Positions 43,732-53,850 of a stretch of 64,000 bases of DNA are shown piece after piece. Positions within the stretch are counted from its first letter, which is position 1. Every line of letters begins with the position of its first letter. The translations under genes were made by a program, and so were the position numbers. Origin of the DNA: Candidatus Hydrogenedentota bacterium (lineage in GTDB: Bacteria; Hydrogenedentota; Hydrogenedentia; Hydrogenedentales; SLHB01). Where the stretch lies: the NCBI GenBank assembly GCA_963674865.2, contig CAXXYE010000007.1, forward strand, positions 339,746-403,745, read 5' to 3'. The notes under the pieces were generated by a model, which saw nothing but the letters and a program-made list of their open reading frames with translations, was not told the origin of the DNA and made no database searches.

Positions 43732-46700
43732 TCAGTTTTCGTGACGAGGCAGGCCGTTGCCGCCCGAGTACCATACGGTGTCCTCGCCGAGCAGGTTCTC
43801 CACCTCGCGGCGCAGGGCGTCTGACGGCGCGCAGCGGCATGAGCCCGCCGCGTGGATCGTGTACTCGTTGTTCTCCGGCGTCACGCAGTGCAGGTAAACA
43901 TCGCAAGGCCCCGGCTTGGCGTCGAGTACCTCCGCAAGCTGCTGCACCAGGATCTCGTCCAAGCCTACCGTGCTCACCCGGACGTGTACGGCGCGCGTGA
44001 GCAGGCGCTCGGCGTCTTCGATGGGCACCACGCTCGAAGCAATGAGCCCGGCCTCGTCATTGCGGTAGTTCACACGCGCGGGAATCATCACAATCATGTC
44101 CGTGACGAACATGCCCGCGTGTTCCTCGTAGAGATCCGAGAACACAGTGATCTCGCACGGGCCGTCGAGCGTCTCCAGTGTCACGAAGGCCATCTTCCGG
44201 CCCCGCGATGTCACTACGATCCTTGAGCCCGTGATGATGCCTCCAACTGTCACCTCCTGTCCCTCGCGCAATTGCGGGATGTCCTCGACGCGAATGGTGG
44301 AATACCTTTCGAGCGTTTGCGCGTGCCGAGATAGAGGATGGCTGCTCACGTACAGGCCAAGCATCTCTTTCTCGAAGGCCAGCACCTCGCTCTCAGGCCA
44401 TTCATCGAGTTCGGGACGCTGATGAAATCCCTGCGCCGCCTCTTCGGGAGCCATCAGGTCGAGCAATGATGTCTGTCCCGAGGCGCGCTCGCGCTGGCTT
44501 ATTTGGCCTTCGCTGAGCGCGTCGTCAATAGCCGCCTCGACTTGGCGCCGGTTCCAGCCGGTGCCGGCAAAGGCCCCCGCTTTGTTGAGGCTCTCAATCA
44601 CGCGCCGGTTGATTCCGCGTGTGTCGATGCGGCTGCAGAAGTCGAAAATGTCCTCGAAGGCCCCGTTCGCCTCGCGTTCCGTCACGATGGCTTCGGTGGG
44701 GCCCTCGCCGACGTTCTTGATGGCCCCCATGCCGAAGCGAATGGCGTTGCCTTCAACCGTGAAGCCGGTGAAACTCGTATTCACGTCCGGAGGAAGCACC
44801 TCGATGTTCATCCGTCGGCACTCACCGACGTACGCGGCCACCTTATCCAGGTTGCCCGATTCACTGGTGAGCAGCGCCGCCATGAACTCCACCGGGAAAT
44901 TGGCCTTCAGGTACGCCGTCTGGTACGCGACGTACGCGTAGGCCATGCTGTGCGACTTGTTGAAGCCATAGCCGGCGAAAGTCTCGATGGTTTCAAACAG
45001 CCGGGCCGCCGTCTTCTCGTCCAGCCCCTTTTCTTTCGCGCCCTCAAGAAACCGGACGCGCTGCTTGGCCATGAGGTCGGCCTTCTTCTTGCCCATCGCC
45101 CGGCGAAGGATATCCGCCTGGCCCAAGGAGAAACCGGCCACGGCCTGCACCATTTGCATGATCTGCTCCTGGTACAGCGCGACGCCGTAGGTTTCCTTCA
45201 GGATCGGCTCGAGCAGCGGGTGTTCATAGACGATTTTCGAGGGACTGTGCTTGTTCTCGATGTAATCGTCTTTGAGCTGCATCGGCCCGGGGCGGTAAAG
45301 GGCGACGAGGGCGCAGATCTCCTCGAGGCTCTCGAGCCCGATCCGCTTGGAGAGGTCGCGCATTCCCGAACTCTCGAGCTGGAACACGCCCGTGGTCTTG
45401 CCGGAGCGCAGCAGCTCATAGGTGGTCGCATCGTTCGGCTCGAGATGATCGATGTCAATATCGATGCCCCGGTTTTCCTTGACGAACTTCACCGCGTGAT
45501 GGACCACCGTCAACGTGCGCAGGCCAAGAAAATCCGTCTTCAGCAGGCCAATTTCCTCGATGTCTTTCATCTCGGCCTGCGTGGCCACCACCTCGCTGCC
45601 CGACGCTTTGAACAAGGCCACGTGGTCGGTTAGCGGCTCCGCGCAAATCACCACGCCCGCGGCGTGGGTGCCGCACGTGCCGATGGTGCCTTCGAGCCGC
45701 TTGGCCAGGCGCCATAGCTGCTGCAGCTGCGGATCCTCCTTGATAAGCTGATCCAACTCCGGCTCGCGGCTGCGCGCCGCGTCGAGGGTGATTTTCAACT
45801 CGTCAGGGACCAACTTGGCGATGCGATCGACGTCCCCGAAGGGCATGCCCATCACCCGCCCCACGTTTCGCACGACCTGCTTGGCGAGCATGCGGCCGAA
45901 GGTGATGATCTGCGCCACGTTATCCCGCCCGTACTTCTCGCGGACGTAGTCGATCACTTCCTCACGCCGGATGTAGCAGAAGTCCAGGTCGAAGTCCGGT
46001 GGCGACACGCGGTCGGGATTCAGAAAGCGCTCGAAGAGAAGTCCATACCGAATGGGATCGATGTTCGTAATGCCCAGCGCGTAGGCCACCAGGCAGCCCG
46101 CCCCGGAGCCTCGGCCCGGCCCCACCGCAATAGCCTTGCTGCGCGCATAGTTGATGAGGTCCCACACCATCAGGAAGTAATGAACGAAGCCCGTCTTCTT
46201 GATCACCCCCAACTCAAAAGCGATCCGCTCCTGATAGCCTTCCGGGGCGGGGCCGTTGAACCGCTCCTCAAGGCCGATTTGCACAAGGCTCTCGAGATAC
46301 GTCTCCTGGGTGAATCCCTCCGGGGGCTGAAAATCCGGAATCAGATGCTTATGAAGCGGCAACTCCAGTTCGCAGCGCGCGGCCACTTTCTCTGTGTTCG
46401 CCAGTGCCTCAGGCCACTCCGGCATGGCTTCGCGCATTTCGTCCGCGCTACGGAAATGGAACTCCTGCGTGGGGAACCGAAACCGGCTATCCTCATCGAG
46501 CGTCGTGCCGGTTTGGATACAGAGAAGCGCCTCGTGGGCCTCGGCGTCTTCCTTGTCGAGATAGTGCGTGTCGTTGGTAGCGATCACCATCAGGCCGTGG
46601 CGTTGGGCCAGTTCAACGAGCACGGGATTGACTTTCTGCTCCTCGGGCATGCCGTGGTTCATCAACTCGATCAGGAAGTTCTCCCGCCCGAAGATGTCCA

Positions 46701-47193
46701 CGTACCGCCGAATCGCGGCATTGGCCCCGTCGAGGTCGTCGTTTAGCACGCACTGCGGTACCTCGCCGCCGACGCACGCGCTCGTCGCGATCAGGCCCGC
46801 GCTGTATTGCGCCAACAACTCATCATCCACGCGAGGCTTGAAATGGAAGCCCTGGAGATAGCCGGCCGAACTGAGGCGGCACAGATTGTGATAGCCCTCC
46901 TCGTTCCGGCACAGCGCAAGGAAGTGATAGTACGCGCCTTTGGCCGTCCGGGCCGACTTGTCGTAACGCCCCTTCGGCGCGACGTACAACTCGCAGCCGA
47001 TGATGGGTTTAATACCTGCCTTGCACGCCGATTGGTAGAAGTCCACCGCCCCGAACAGCGCCCCATGATCCGTGAGGGCGCAGGCACGCATGCCATAGTC
47101 CTTGCACCGCTCGAGGAGTTCCCGGATGCGGCAGGCACCGTCGAGTACGCTGTACTCCGTGTGTACGTGCAGATGGACGAAGCCTGCGCTCAT
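43732..47193 (-). CDS. dnaE: DNA polymerase III alpha subunit
   Basis: FVHLHVHTEYSVLDG PHP domain, GPGRGSGAG, PDFDLDF, YGFNKSH, OB fold. No intein seen. Confidence 0.98.
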   Translation of the reverse strand: MSAGFVHLHVHTEYSVLDGACRIRELLERCKDYGMRACALTDHGALFGAVDFYQSACKAGIKPIIGCELYVAPKGRYDKSARTAKGAYYHFLALCRNEEGYHNLCRLSSAGYLQGFHFKPRVDDELLAQYSAGLIATSACVGGEVPQCVLNDDLDGANAAIRRYVDIFGRENFLIELMNHGMPEEQKVNPVLVELAQRHGLMVIATNDTHYLDKEDAEAHEALLCIQTGTTLDEDSRFRFPTQEFHFRSADEMREAMPEWPEALANTEKVAARCELELPLHKHLIPDFQPPEGFTQETYLESLVQIGLEERFNGPAPEGYQERIAFELGVIKKTGFVHYFLMVWDLINYARSKAIAVGPGRGSGAGCLVAYALGITNIDPIRYGLLFERFLNPDRVSPPDFDLDFCYIRREEVIDYVREKYGRDNVAQIITFGRMLAKQVVRNVGRVMGMPFGDVDRIAKLVPDELKITLDAARSREPELDQLIKEDPQLQQLWRLAKRLEGTIGTCGTHAAGVVICAEPLTDHVALFKASGSEVVATQAEMKDIEEIGLLKTDFLGLRTLTVVHHAVKFVKENRGIDIDIDHLEPNDATTYELLRSGKTTGVFQLESSGMRDLSKRIGLESLEEICALVALYRPGPMQLKDDYIENKHSPSKIVYEHPLLEPILKETYGVALYQEQIMQMVQAVAGFSLGQADILRRAMGKKKADLMAKQRVRFLEGAKEKGLDEKTAARLFETIETFAGYGFNKSHSMAYAYVAYQTAYLKANFPVEFMAALLTSESGNLDKVAAYVGECRRMNIEVLPPDVNTSFTGFTVEGNAIRFGMGAIKNVGEGPTEAIVTEREANGAFEDIFDFCSRIDTRGINRRVIESLNKAGAFAGTGWNRRQVEAAIDDALSEGQISQRERASGQTSLLDLMAPEEAAQGFHQRPELDEWPESEVLAFEKEMLGLYVSSHPLSRHAQTLERYSTIRVEDIPQLREGQEVTVGGIITGSRIVVTSRGRKMAFVTLETLDGPCEITVFSDLYEEHAGMFVTDMIVMIPARVNYRNDEAGLIASSVVPIEDAERLLTRAVHVRVSTVGLDEILVQQLAEVLDAKPGPCDVYLHCVTPENNEYTIHAAGSCRCAPSDALRREVENLLGEDTVWYSGGNGLPRHEN

Positions 47194-47669
47194 GCAATCC
47201 GCTCCAGCAACATCGAAAGTGCCCGATCGGCAGTCTGTTTCTTGATGCCCTCTCGATCACCACTAAACGCGCAACGCTCGACCATGCATTCCTCCCTGTC
47301 CGCAATGGCAATGAACACCAGTCCCACCGGCTTTTCAGGCGTGCCGCCCGAAGGCCCAGCGATGCCGGTGACGCCGACGCCGAAATCGGCGTCCAATCGC
47401 CGCCGGACGCCTTGCGCCATCTCACGCGCCACGATCTCGCTCACGGCGCCCTTCGACGCCAGGAAATCCTCTCTTACGCCCAGTAACGCCACCTTCACCG
47501 CGTTGCTGTAGGCCACGACCCCGCCAACGACGTAGTCGGACGCGCCGGAAACGTTCGTGAGCCGGTGCGCGATGAGGCCTCCCGTACACGATTCGGCCGT
47601 CGCCACCGTTTTACCCGATGCCGACAGACGTGCCCCTACACGCAATTCCAAAGCATCTGAAGCAGCCAT
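47190..47669 (-). CDS. pncC: CinA-C / NMN deamidase
   Basis: ATAESCTGG, GAVS..A.EMA.G and TGIAGP.GG..EKPVG. Confidence 0.9.
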   Translation of the reverse strand: MAASDALELRVGARLSASGKTVATAESCTGGLIAHRLTNVSGASDYVVGGVVAYSNAVKVALLGVREDFLASKGAVSEIVAREMAQGVRRRLDADFGVGVTGIAGPSGGTPEKPVGLVFIAIADREECMVERCAFSGDREGIKKQTADRALSMLLERIA

Positions 47670-48383
47670 ATTTCCCGAGGCTTCACCAAATGGGTGAGTT
47701 CGCACAGCCCGCCGATGCCGTGGGCTTCTCGTACAGAACCTAGCGTCTTGGCGTACGGCACAATGGGCAACCCGGCCACCGGGCCTCTCAATGGCTAACC
47801 CTAGCACCCGGCCCAACAAACTCGCAAGCCTTTCCCTCCTCTGCGGCGATCGAACGACTCATCTTTCTTCGCCGTAAGTCATGTGTCCATAATGACTTCC
47901 AGCCATGCTACGGCCTGTCCGTTGACTCGTTATTCCTTGGCTGCAAACCGGCCCCGAATCGCTCATGTCCCTCGTTTTCTGTGTCCATCTGTGTTTATCT
48001 GTGCATCCTCTCCCGCTCGGCAGCATCGTCCACTTGCGGATGAGGTCCACCCGCAATCGCCGGGCAACTCGACAGTGCCGCGCACTCGGCACGTCTAACA
48101 GACTTCATCTCTCGACGCATGCTCGCCCATTAGGTTGAGCCACTCATCTTCCCAATGTCTTTCCCTCAAGTGACTTGACGCGCAGCACCATTGGCAACTC
48201 CGCCACCGGGGTCCAGCAGAAAGGTTGCGTTCAATATGCGGGGAGCGAGTACAATGCCCGTCCGCTGGCCCGGAGTAGAAACATGTCCTCCACGCACGTG
48301 ATGGAAGTCTTCCATCGGCCACGCGTTGCCGTGAACGCGCGTGCCGGGCTGCGCCCAGGCATCCCACTCAGGACGGGAGGTTC

Positions 48384-48836
48384 ATGAGACTATTCGACCA
48401 CGATTTCGCCGCCGATGTGATTGCCCGGCTCCGCGCTCTCGAGCCCGATGCCAAGCCCGCATGGGGCACACTGACGCCCGAACGCATGGTTTCCCACCTG
48501 GCCCTATCCGTCCGCTATTCCCTCGGGCAAGCCGGCGTCTTTCCCGACAAGAGCAATTGGCTTCTGCGAAACGTGGTGTGCCCTCTCTTGCTGCACGGCA
48601 TGCTTCCCATGCCCAAGAATGTGAAACTCACCGCCCCCGTCGGCGTGCCCCCCGACCTGCCCATGAGCGACGACCTCGAAACGCTCCATGCCCTCCTCGA
48701 GGAGTACCTCGACCTCGTCCAGGCCGATGAACTCGCTCCGCCGCGCCACGCCTTCTTCGGTGATATCGGCGTCGACGGCTGGGCCAGGCTCCACGTCATT
48801 CACTTCGAGCACCACCTCCGCCAGTTCGGCCTGTAG
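48384..48836 (+). CDS. DUF1569 (DinB-like) protein
   Basis: WGTLT..MVSHL, HAFFG...W and HFEHHLRQFG. Confidence 0.85.
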   Translation: MRLFDHDFAADVIARLRALEPDAKPAWGTLTPERMVSHLALSVRYSLGQAGVFPDKSNWLLRNVVCPLLLHGMLPMPKNVKLTAPVGVPPDLPMSDDLETLHALLEEYLDLVQADELAPPRHAFFGDIGVDGWARLHVIHFEHHLRQFGL

Positions 48837-48859
48837 GCAATGCTCAACCCCGCTGCCTT

Positions 48860-48968
48860 GGGCACCCGCCGGCCCTGAACAGCTCCGCGATGTGGCAAGG
48901 GAGAGACTGGTGATCGCGCCGGAGGTGGAAGTTGAGCCACGAAGAGGTGTCGTTCAACTCCCACAGCC
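48860..48968. repeat. Duplicate of the metF 3' end (partner 50953-51061)
   Basis: 109-bp direct repeat with two mismatches. Confidence 0.92.
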
Positions 48969-49013
48969 TGGGTGCCACTAGGTTGTCCGGCGACGACAGA
49001 TCCGGCAAGAGGC

Positions 49014-49042
49014 TTGACAGTCACTGTGTAACATGGTGTAAT
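49014..49042 (+). promoter_or_regulatory. Candidate sigma-70 promoter inside the islet
   Basis: TTGACA-N17-TGTAAT in a locally AT-rich stretch, about 420 nt upstream of the islet gene. Confidence 0.4.
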
Positions 49043-49460
49043 ACTAAAATCTATTCCATACGTCGTGGGCATGCATACGGGTGATTCATCTCATGATTGA
49101 GCATCACCCAATTGGCGTTGTCGTGGGCCACGCTGTTTTCAGGAGGCGCGACAGAGTGGCACAAGTCCTTCCTCGTTGTGTCCTTGCGGGGCTGCTACCC
49201 TCCGCCTGCGCGTCCCACGTGAAGTGGCACGTCGCTAAGAGTTGACGCTACTGAAGTTCCGAGCGCCCCTGCGGTGCATTGTTTTCTTGGCTTCCGAAAA
49301 CGGCACAGAAGATGTCCAAACCGGTGTTGTCTTGGCCCTGCCGGGGCACCCGCAGTGCACCGGAGAATTACACTCAGGCCAAGAGCCGGGACAGTTTCAG
49401 GGATTGGATTCGCTGAAGTCATAGGGCAAACCCAAAACTCTAACGAAGGAGGTAGCTACG

Positions 49461-50855
49461 ATGACTAGAACCGCACTATTCACCATGTTGCTAGTGGCTG
49501 GCCTGCTGTTGTTCCCTCTGACTGCATTCAGTGGGAGCCAGTCGACGGGCCAAGAAACGATGACCAAGGAACAAATGCAGGCAGAAATAGAGCGATTAAG
49601 GGCGGAGAACGAGGCGCTGCGGCAAGCACCGGCCAGTAAGCCCAAGATTGTGTTTGCAGATCGTGAAGTCCGGGGCACCATGGTTAGTGTCCTCGTAAGA
49701 ACAGACGTTCCGTGTCGTATAGAGCATAAGCTGACGGACGGTGACGTAGATCCAGCAGTGCCGATTCCGTCAGAGAAGTACACGATGACAAGTGAGTTAG
49801 TCGACTCGACGACGTACCGGATGATGATCCGCAAACTGACGCCTAGAAAGCACTACCGGCTTGATCTGTGGGCGGTAGCGGCCGACGGAAGAGCGACGGG
49901 CCCGCCGCGGCCGACAGTCACTTTCACAACTGGTGCGGAACTGGAGAAGCCCTACCCGCGCATTCTAGGCGAACCAAGGATAACCCGGGAGGGAATAGAG
50001 TTGGATATTGAGGTCACGGCCGCGGCCATAGTTGCATGGGAGGCGGTGCCCTCTGCGGAGTTCAAGAAGTTGGACAAGGAGCCCTTTTCGCGAGACAACT
50101 GGGGATTCCCCTTGGGGAAGAGGGATCTATCTCCTGGAACGAGGAGCACCATCCGATTCGAAAACACCACAGACGGAAGGAAGTACACATGCCTGGTGTA
50201 TGCCGTTGACTGTGCAGGGGCGCGGCAACACGAGCATGCCAAGAGAGAGGGCGTCCGTGCGCCTCGTGCCTTCGATTTTGACGGCACAATCGAGATCACA
50301 CTGGCGCCTAGCCCATACCAATCTACGATAGCATGGACGGCGACGCATGACATAGAATCCGCCCGATGGAGTCTCTTTGCGGAGAAAAACAACGAGCGCG
50401 TACCTTTAGACGTTGGGGCGGAGACCTACCCTGACCCGACTCGAAAGCCCACCGACGAGGCAGACGGTATTTTCGTCGACGCAAGAGACAGAAAACGTGT
50501 GGAAGCACACACCAAACTTGCCGACTGGCAAGACAGCCTTGCGAAGAGCTGCCCGGAGGGCAGCATTTCGGCGGTGCAGCTCACAATGCAGGATAAGGAC
50601 GGTGACGAAAGGACGCTTTCGTTCCGCGTAAATATTGGGCTGCCTGACTCCGAAGACGTCGGTGAGAAGGCTGCTGCTGCTGAAGGCGAAGAAAAGAGCA
50701 GGCTGACGCTCCTCGGAAAGTTCGTAGACAGGTATTTCGATTTGGAGGAGAAGAAACAGGAGGGAAAGCATCCCTGGAAGGATGCGCTGTTTGCCCTTTT
50801 TGAGACGGGGCTTTCATCTGTGGTCAAGATGCTGCCTGCGGTTGCTGCGTCCTAG
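49461..50855 (+). CDS. Exported hypothetical protein (beta-rich, Fn3-like segments)
   Basis: Signal peptide, short coiled coil, and LTPRKHYRLDLWAV...TFTT resembling Fn3 ends. AAGGAGG RBS. Confidence 0.7.
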   Translation: MTRTALFTMLLVAGLLLFPLTAFSGSQSTGQETMTKEQMQAEIERLRAENEALRQAPASKPKIVFADREVRGTMVSVLVRTDVPCRIEHKLTDGDVDPAVPIPSEKYTMTSELVDSTTYRMMIRKLTPRKHYRLDLWAVAADGRATGPPRPTVTFTTGAELEKPYPRILGEPRITREGIELDIEVTAAAIVAWEAVPSAEFKKLDKEPFSRDNWGFPLGKRDLSPGTRSTIRFENTTDGRKYTCLVYAVDCAGARQHEHAKREGVRAPRAFDFDGTIEITLAPSPYQSTIAWTATHDIESARWSLFAEKNNERVPLDVGAETYPDPTRKPTDEADGIFVDARDRKRVEAHTKLADWQDSLAKSCPEGSISAVQLTMQDKDGDERTLSFRVNIGLPDSEDVGEKAAAAEGEEKSRLTLLGKFVDRYFDLEEKKQEGKHPWKDALFALFETGLSSVVKMLPAVAAS

Positions 50856-50933
50856 CGATTCGCTTCCGCGAACTGTCGGGGTCAGCAAGCGTCAGGGCTT
50901 ACGAGTGCACCCGATTGACTGCGGCGTTGGGCC

Positions 50934-52508
50934 TCATGACCCGCGCCGTCGGGGGCACTCGCCGGCCCTGAACAGCTTCGCGATGTGGCAAGGGAGAGAC
51001 TGGTGATCGCGCCGGAGGTGGAAGTTGAGCCACGAAGAGGTGTCGTTCAACTCCCACAGCCGCGGCGGAACGCATTCCGCGTTAAGCGTGTCGCCTTGCC
51101 CGCTCGCGGCCAGCCGCCTATACGCCCGCACGTAGACGCAGGCCCGTTCGGGATGCACTTCGCAGCGTCCTGCCGCGCTCCCCCCGCACGCGCCGTTTCG
51201 CATATGCTTAGGGCATTGCGATTCCGGGCAAAGGAAAGCCAAGTGCTGAATCGCGCAATCCCCGCACCGCTGGCAGCGGAATAGCGCGGCCTTGGCCGGA
51301 TCCTCCACCAGTCGCACGAGGAGGCGCCCTGCCTTTGTCCTATCGAACAACGCCGCCAGCCGGCCATATAGCGGCGCGAGGGGCGCGTCGAGCCGGAAAA
51401 AGAGATGGTGGGCCAGGCGCATGGCCTGGAAATGCGTCATCGCAAACGCGTTCGTCCGCGATGCGCGCGGCGAAGGCGTATCCGACGACAGGACGCCACG
51501 CTCCGCCTTCTCGAAGAAATAGAACCCGTTGGCCTCGGGCAGATCGAAATCGGGCAAGAACTCCTGCCAGTGTTCGTCAATCTCCTCCATCCGGTTGAGA
51601 ATACGCTCCACCATCGCGAAAGAGCGCCTTACGCCGCCCAAGTGGATGCCCGCGTATCCGAGGCCCTTCAAGACGGCCGCCAAGCGCGCTGCGCTCTCGA
51701 TGGCGGCTTCCCGCGCGGCCTCCTTGTCGCCGGCCTGAGCCGACACACGCTCAAGCAGCCGCTCAGTAACCACCGCCCCAGGCACATTGCCCGCGTGCAA
51801 GGCACGCGCTGCCCCGGGCGTCAGGATAAACACCGTTCCCAGCGTCGGCAAGGCGATGCCCATCCGCCGCTGAGCCTGGATCAACTCCTGGAACTTGCGC
51901 GCGTCGTAACCGAGCTGGCTCACGACGAAATCCGCGCACACCGCCTTCTTCAGACGCAGCTTCGCGTATTGCGCGCAACACTCCGCCTCCGTCCACTTGA
52001 ACGGCGACGCGGCGCATCCGACGAAGAATCCGCCGTGCCCGCCTTCGTCCTCGAGCGACTCGTCCGGCGCGGCCCGCTCGCTCAACGCATGGAGCAGGCA
52101 AATAAGCGTCACCGAATCCAGGTCGAACACCGGCAGCCCCTGCCCGCCGAAGCCTTTGCCCGAGTAGTCGCCTGTCAACGCAAGGATGTTCTTCAGGCCC
52201 ATGCGGTAGAGCTGCAGCGCCCGGCTCTCCAGCCCGGCGCGATTCAGGTCCCGGCACGTCACGTGGACGATAACGTCCATCCCGCTCTCGAGGATTTCCC
52301 GGCCCAGCACATCCGGACTGAGCGACGGATTGCCCCCAGGATTATCCGTGATGGAGACCGCCGCCACGCGCCCGTCCTTGCGCGCGTCCTCCGCGATGGC
52401 CTTGACCGCATCCACCGACCGGCCGATGGACTCCGGCCCCGGCACCAGTTCCAGCGTGATGCTGAATTGCCCTGGCGCGGCCAGTTTCTGTCTGAGCGTC
52501 GCCGCCAT
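50934..52508 (-). CDS. metF: Methylenetetrahydrofolate reductase with fused Cys-rich MTHFR_C (MetV-like) domain
   Basis: SITDNPGG, HVTCRDLNR, LALTGDY and SQLGYD. C-terminal CQRCGDC...CPKHMRNGACGG...CEV...C. Confidence 0.88.
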   Translation of the reverse strand: MAATLRQKLAAPGQFSITLELVPGPESIGRSVDAVKAIAEDARKDGRVAAVSITDNPGGNPSLSPDVLGREILESGMDVIVHVTCRDLNRAGLESRALQLYRMGLKNILALTGDYSGKGFGGQGLPVFDLDSVTLICLLHALSERAAPDESLEDEGGHGGFFVGCAASPFKWTEAECCAQYAKLRLKKAVCADFVVSQLGYDARKFQELIQAQRRMGIALPTLGTVFILTPGAARALHAGNVPGAVVTERLLERVSAQAGDKEAAREAAIESAARLAAVLKGLGYAGIHLGGVRRSFAMVERILNRMEEIDEHWQEFLPDFDLPEANGFYFFEKAERGVLSSDTPSPRASRTNAFAMTHFQAMRLAHHLFFRLDAPLAPLYGRLAALFDRTKAGRLLVRLVEDPAKAALFRCQRCGDCAIQHLAFLCPESQCPKHMRNGACGGSAAGRCEVHPERACVYVRAYRRLAASGQGDTLNAECVPPRLWELNDTSSWLNFHLRRDHQSLPCHIAKLFRAGECPRRRGS

Positions 52509-52614
52509 ACGGCCCGCCTCCCGCCATTCGCATGCCTCTGAGCGCCAGTATCCGGCCCGTCATTCCGGAATGCAAGCCGCGCGTTGAACTGTTTGCTCAA
52601 GAGAGTGGTGTCTT

Positions 52615-52643
52615 TTGATAGGTCGAGATTTCTGTGATACTAT
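52615..52643 (+). promoter_or_regulatory. Candidate sigma-70 promoter of def-recR
   Basis: TTGATA-N17-TACTAT with an extended TG, about 22 nt before ATG 52666. Confidence 0.5.
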
Positions 52644-52665
52644 CCGTGTCAAAAGAAGGTGAGTC

Positions 52666-53190
52666 ATGGCGATTCTAGACATTGTCCTATATCCCGACGA
52701 TCCATTGACCCGGAAGGCCGCGTCGATTGACGACGTGGGGCCCGAAGTGGCGACGCTGGCGAGTGATATGATCGAAACCATGGCCGCTTACGACGGCGTG
52801 GGCCTCGCCGGGCCGCAGGTGGGCGTCGCTGAGCGGATTGTTGTGATCCGCGAGCCCGAACATGAGCCGATGTGTCTCGTAAATCCCGAGATTCTCGATG
52901 CGGCGGGGGACGCCGACGAAGAGGAGGGCTGTATCAGCCTGCCCTATCTCTACGCGACAGTACGCCGCGCGGAGCACGTGCGTGTCCAGGCGGTGGACGA
53001 GCGGGGCCGGCCGGTTGCGTTTGAGGCGTCCGGACTTCTGGCGCGGATCGTGCAGCACGAGTGCGATCATCTGGACGGGGTGGTGTTTCCCGATCGGCTG
53101 GACCTCCTGACACGCCACGAGAAACTTCAGGAGTGGGAGACGATCCGGGCCCGCCTGCTGGCCGAGCAGCGCTCCGCCCATGCTGACTGA
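52666..53190 (+). CDS. def: Peptide deformylase
   Basis: GVGLAGPQ, EGCIS and QHECDHLDG. Confidence 0.96.
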   Translation: MAILDIVLYPDDPLTRKAASIDDVGPEVATLASDMIETMAAYDGVGLAGPQVGVAERIVVIREPEHEPMCLVNPEILDAAGDADEEEGCISLPYLYATVRRAEHVRVQAVDERGRPVAFEASGLLARIVQHECDHLDGVVFPDRLDLLTRHEKLQEWETIRARLLAEQRSAHAD

Positions 53191-53779
53191 TTCACCCGCC
53201 GTTCAGCGACTCATCGAGGCGTTTCGCCGCCTGCCGGGCGTCGGCAAGCGTTCCGCCGAACGCTTGGCGCTCCACCTTCTCAGCGCGCCCGAGGACGAGG
53301 CCATTCAGTTGAGCGACGCCATTCGCGGCGCGCGCGCAAGCATCAAGACCTGCTCCACATGCTGCGACCTCACAGAGACCGACCCGTGTCCCGTGTGCTC
53401 TGACGCGCGGCGCGACCACTCCACGATCTGCGTGGTGGAGCGGCCGACGGGGGCGATGGCCATCGAGAAAGGCGGCAACTACCGGGGCCTCTACCACGTG
53501 CTCCATGGCGTCATCAATCACCTGGACGGAGTAGGCCCCGATGAACTGACCATCGAGCGCCTGATGAAGCGCGTGGAGGAAGGCGGTGTCCGGGAGGTCA
53601 TCGTGGCCACAAACGCGACGGCGGAGGGTGAAGTGACGGCGATGTACCTGTCCCGCCGGCTCGCCGACAAGGGCATAGTCATCACGCGGATCGCGCACGG
53701 CGTGCCCATGGGCGGGGGACTGGAATTCGCGGATGATGTGACGTTGTCGCACGCCATGGACGGGCGAAGGAAGATCTAG
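53180..53779 (+). CDS. recR: Recombination mediator RecR
   Basis: LPGVGKRSAERLA, C4 zinc finger, YHVLHG and EGEVTA. Confidence 0.97.
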   Translation: MLTDSPAVQRLIEAFRRLPGVGKRSAERLALHLLSAPEDEAIQLSDAIRGARASIKTCSTCCDLTETDPCPVCSDARRDHSTICVVERPTGAMAIEKGGNYRGLYHVLHGVINHLDGVGPDELTIERLMKRVEEGGVREVIVATNATAEGEVTAMYLSRRLADKGIVITRIAHGVPMGGGLEFADDVTLSHAMDGRRKI

Positions 53780-53850
53780 CCCGCTTCTCTCACGGCCGCA
53801 TAACGAGACTGCACGCATCCCACCAAGAACCGCACCTTCAGGTCGGACTT

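Noticed and set aside
47860..48370. Short ORFs between pncC and DUF1569
   Set aside because: They have no motifs or convincing RBS. The region contains short-period repeats and looks non-coding or degraded.
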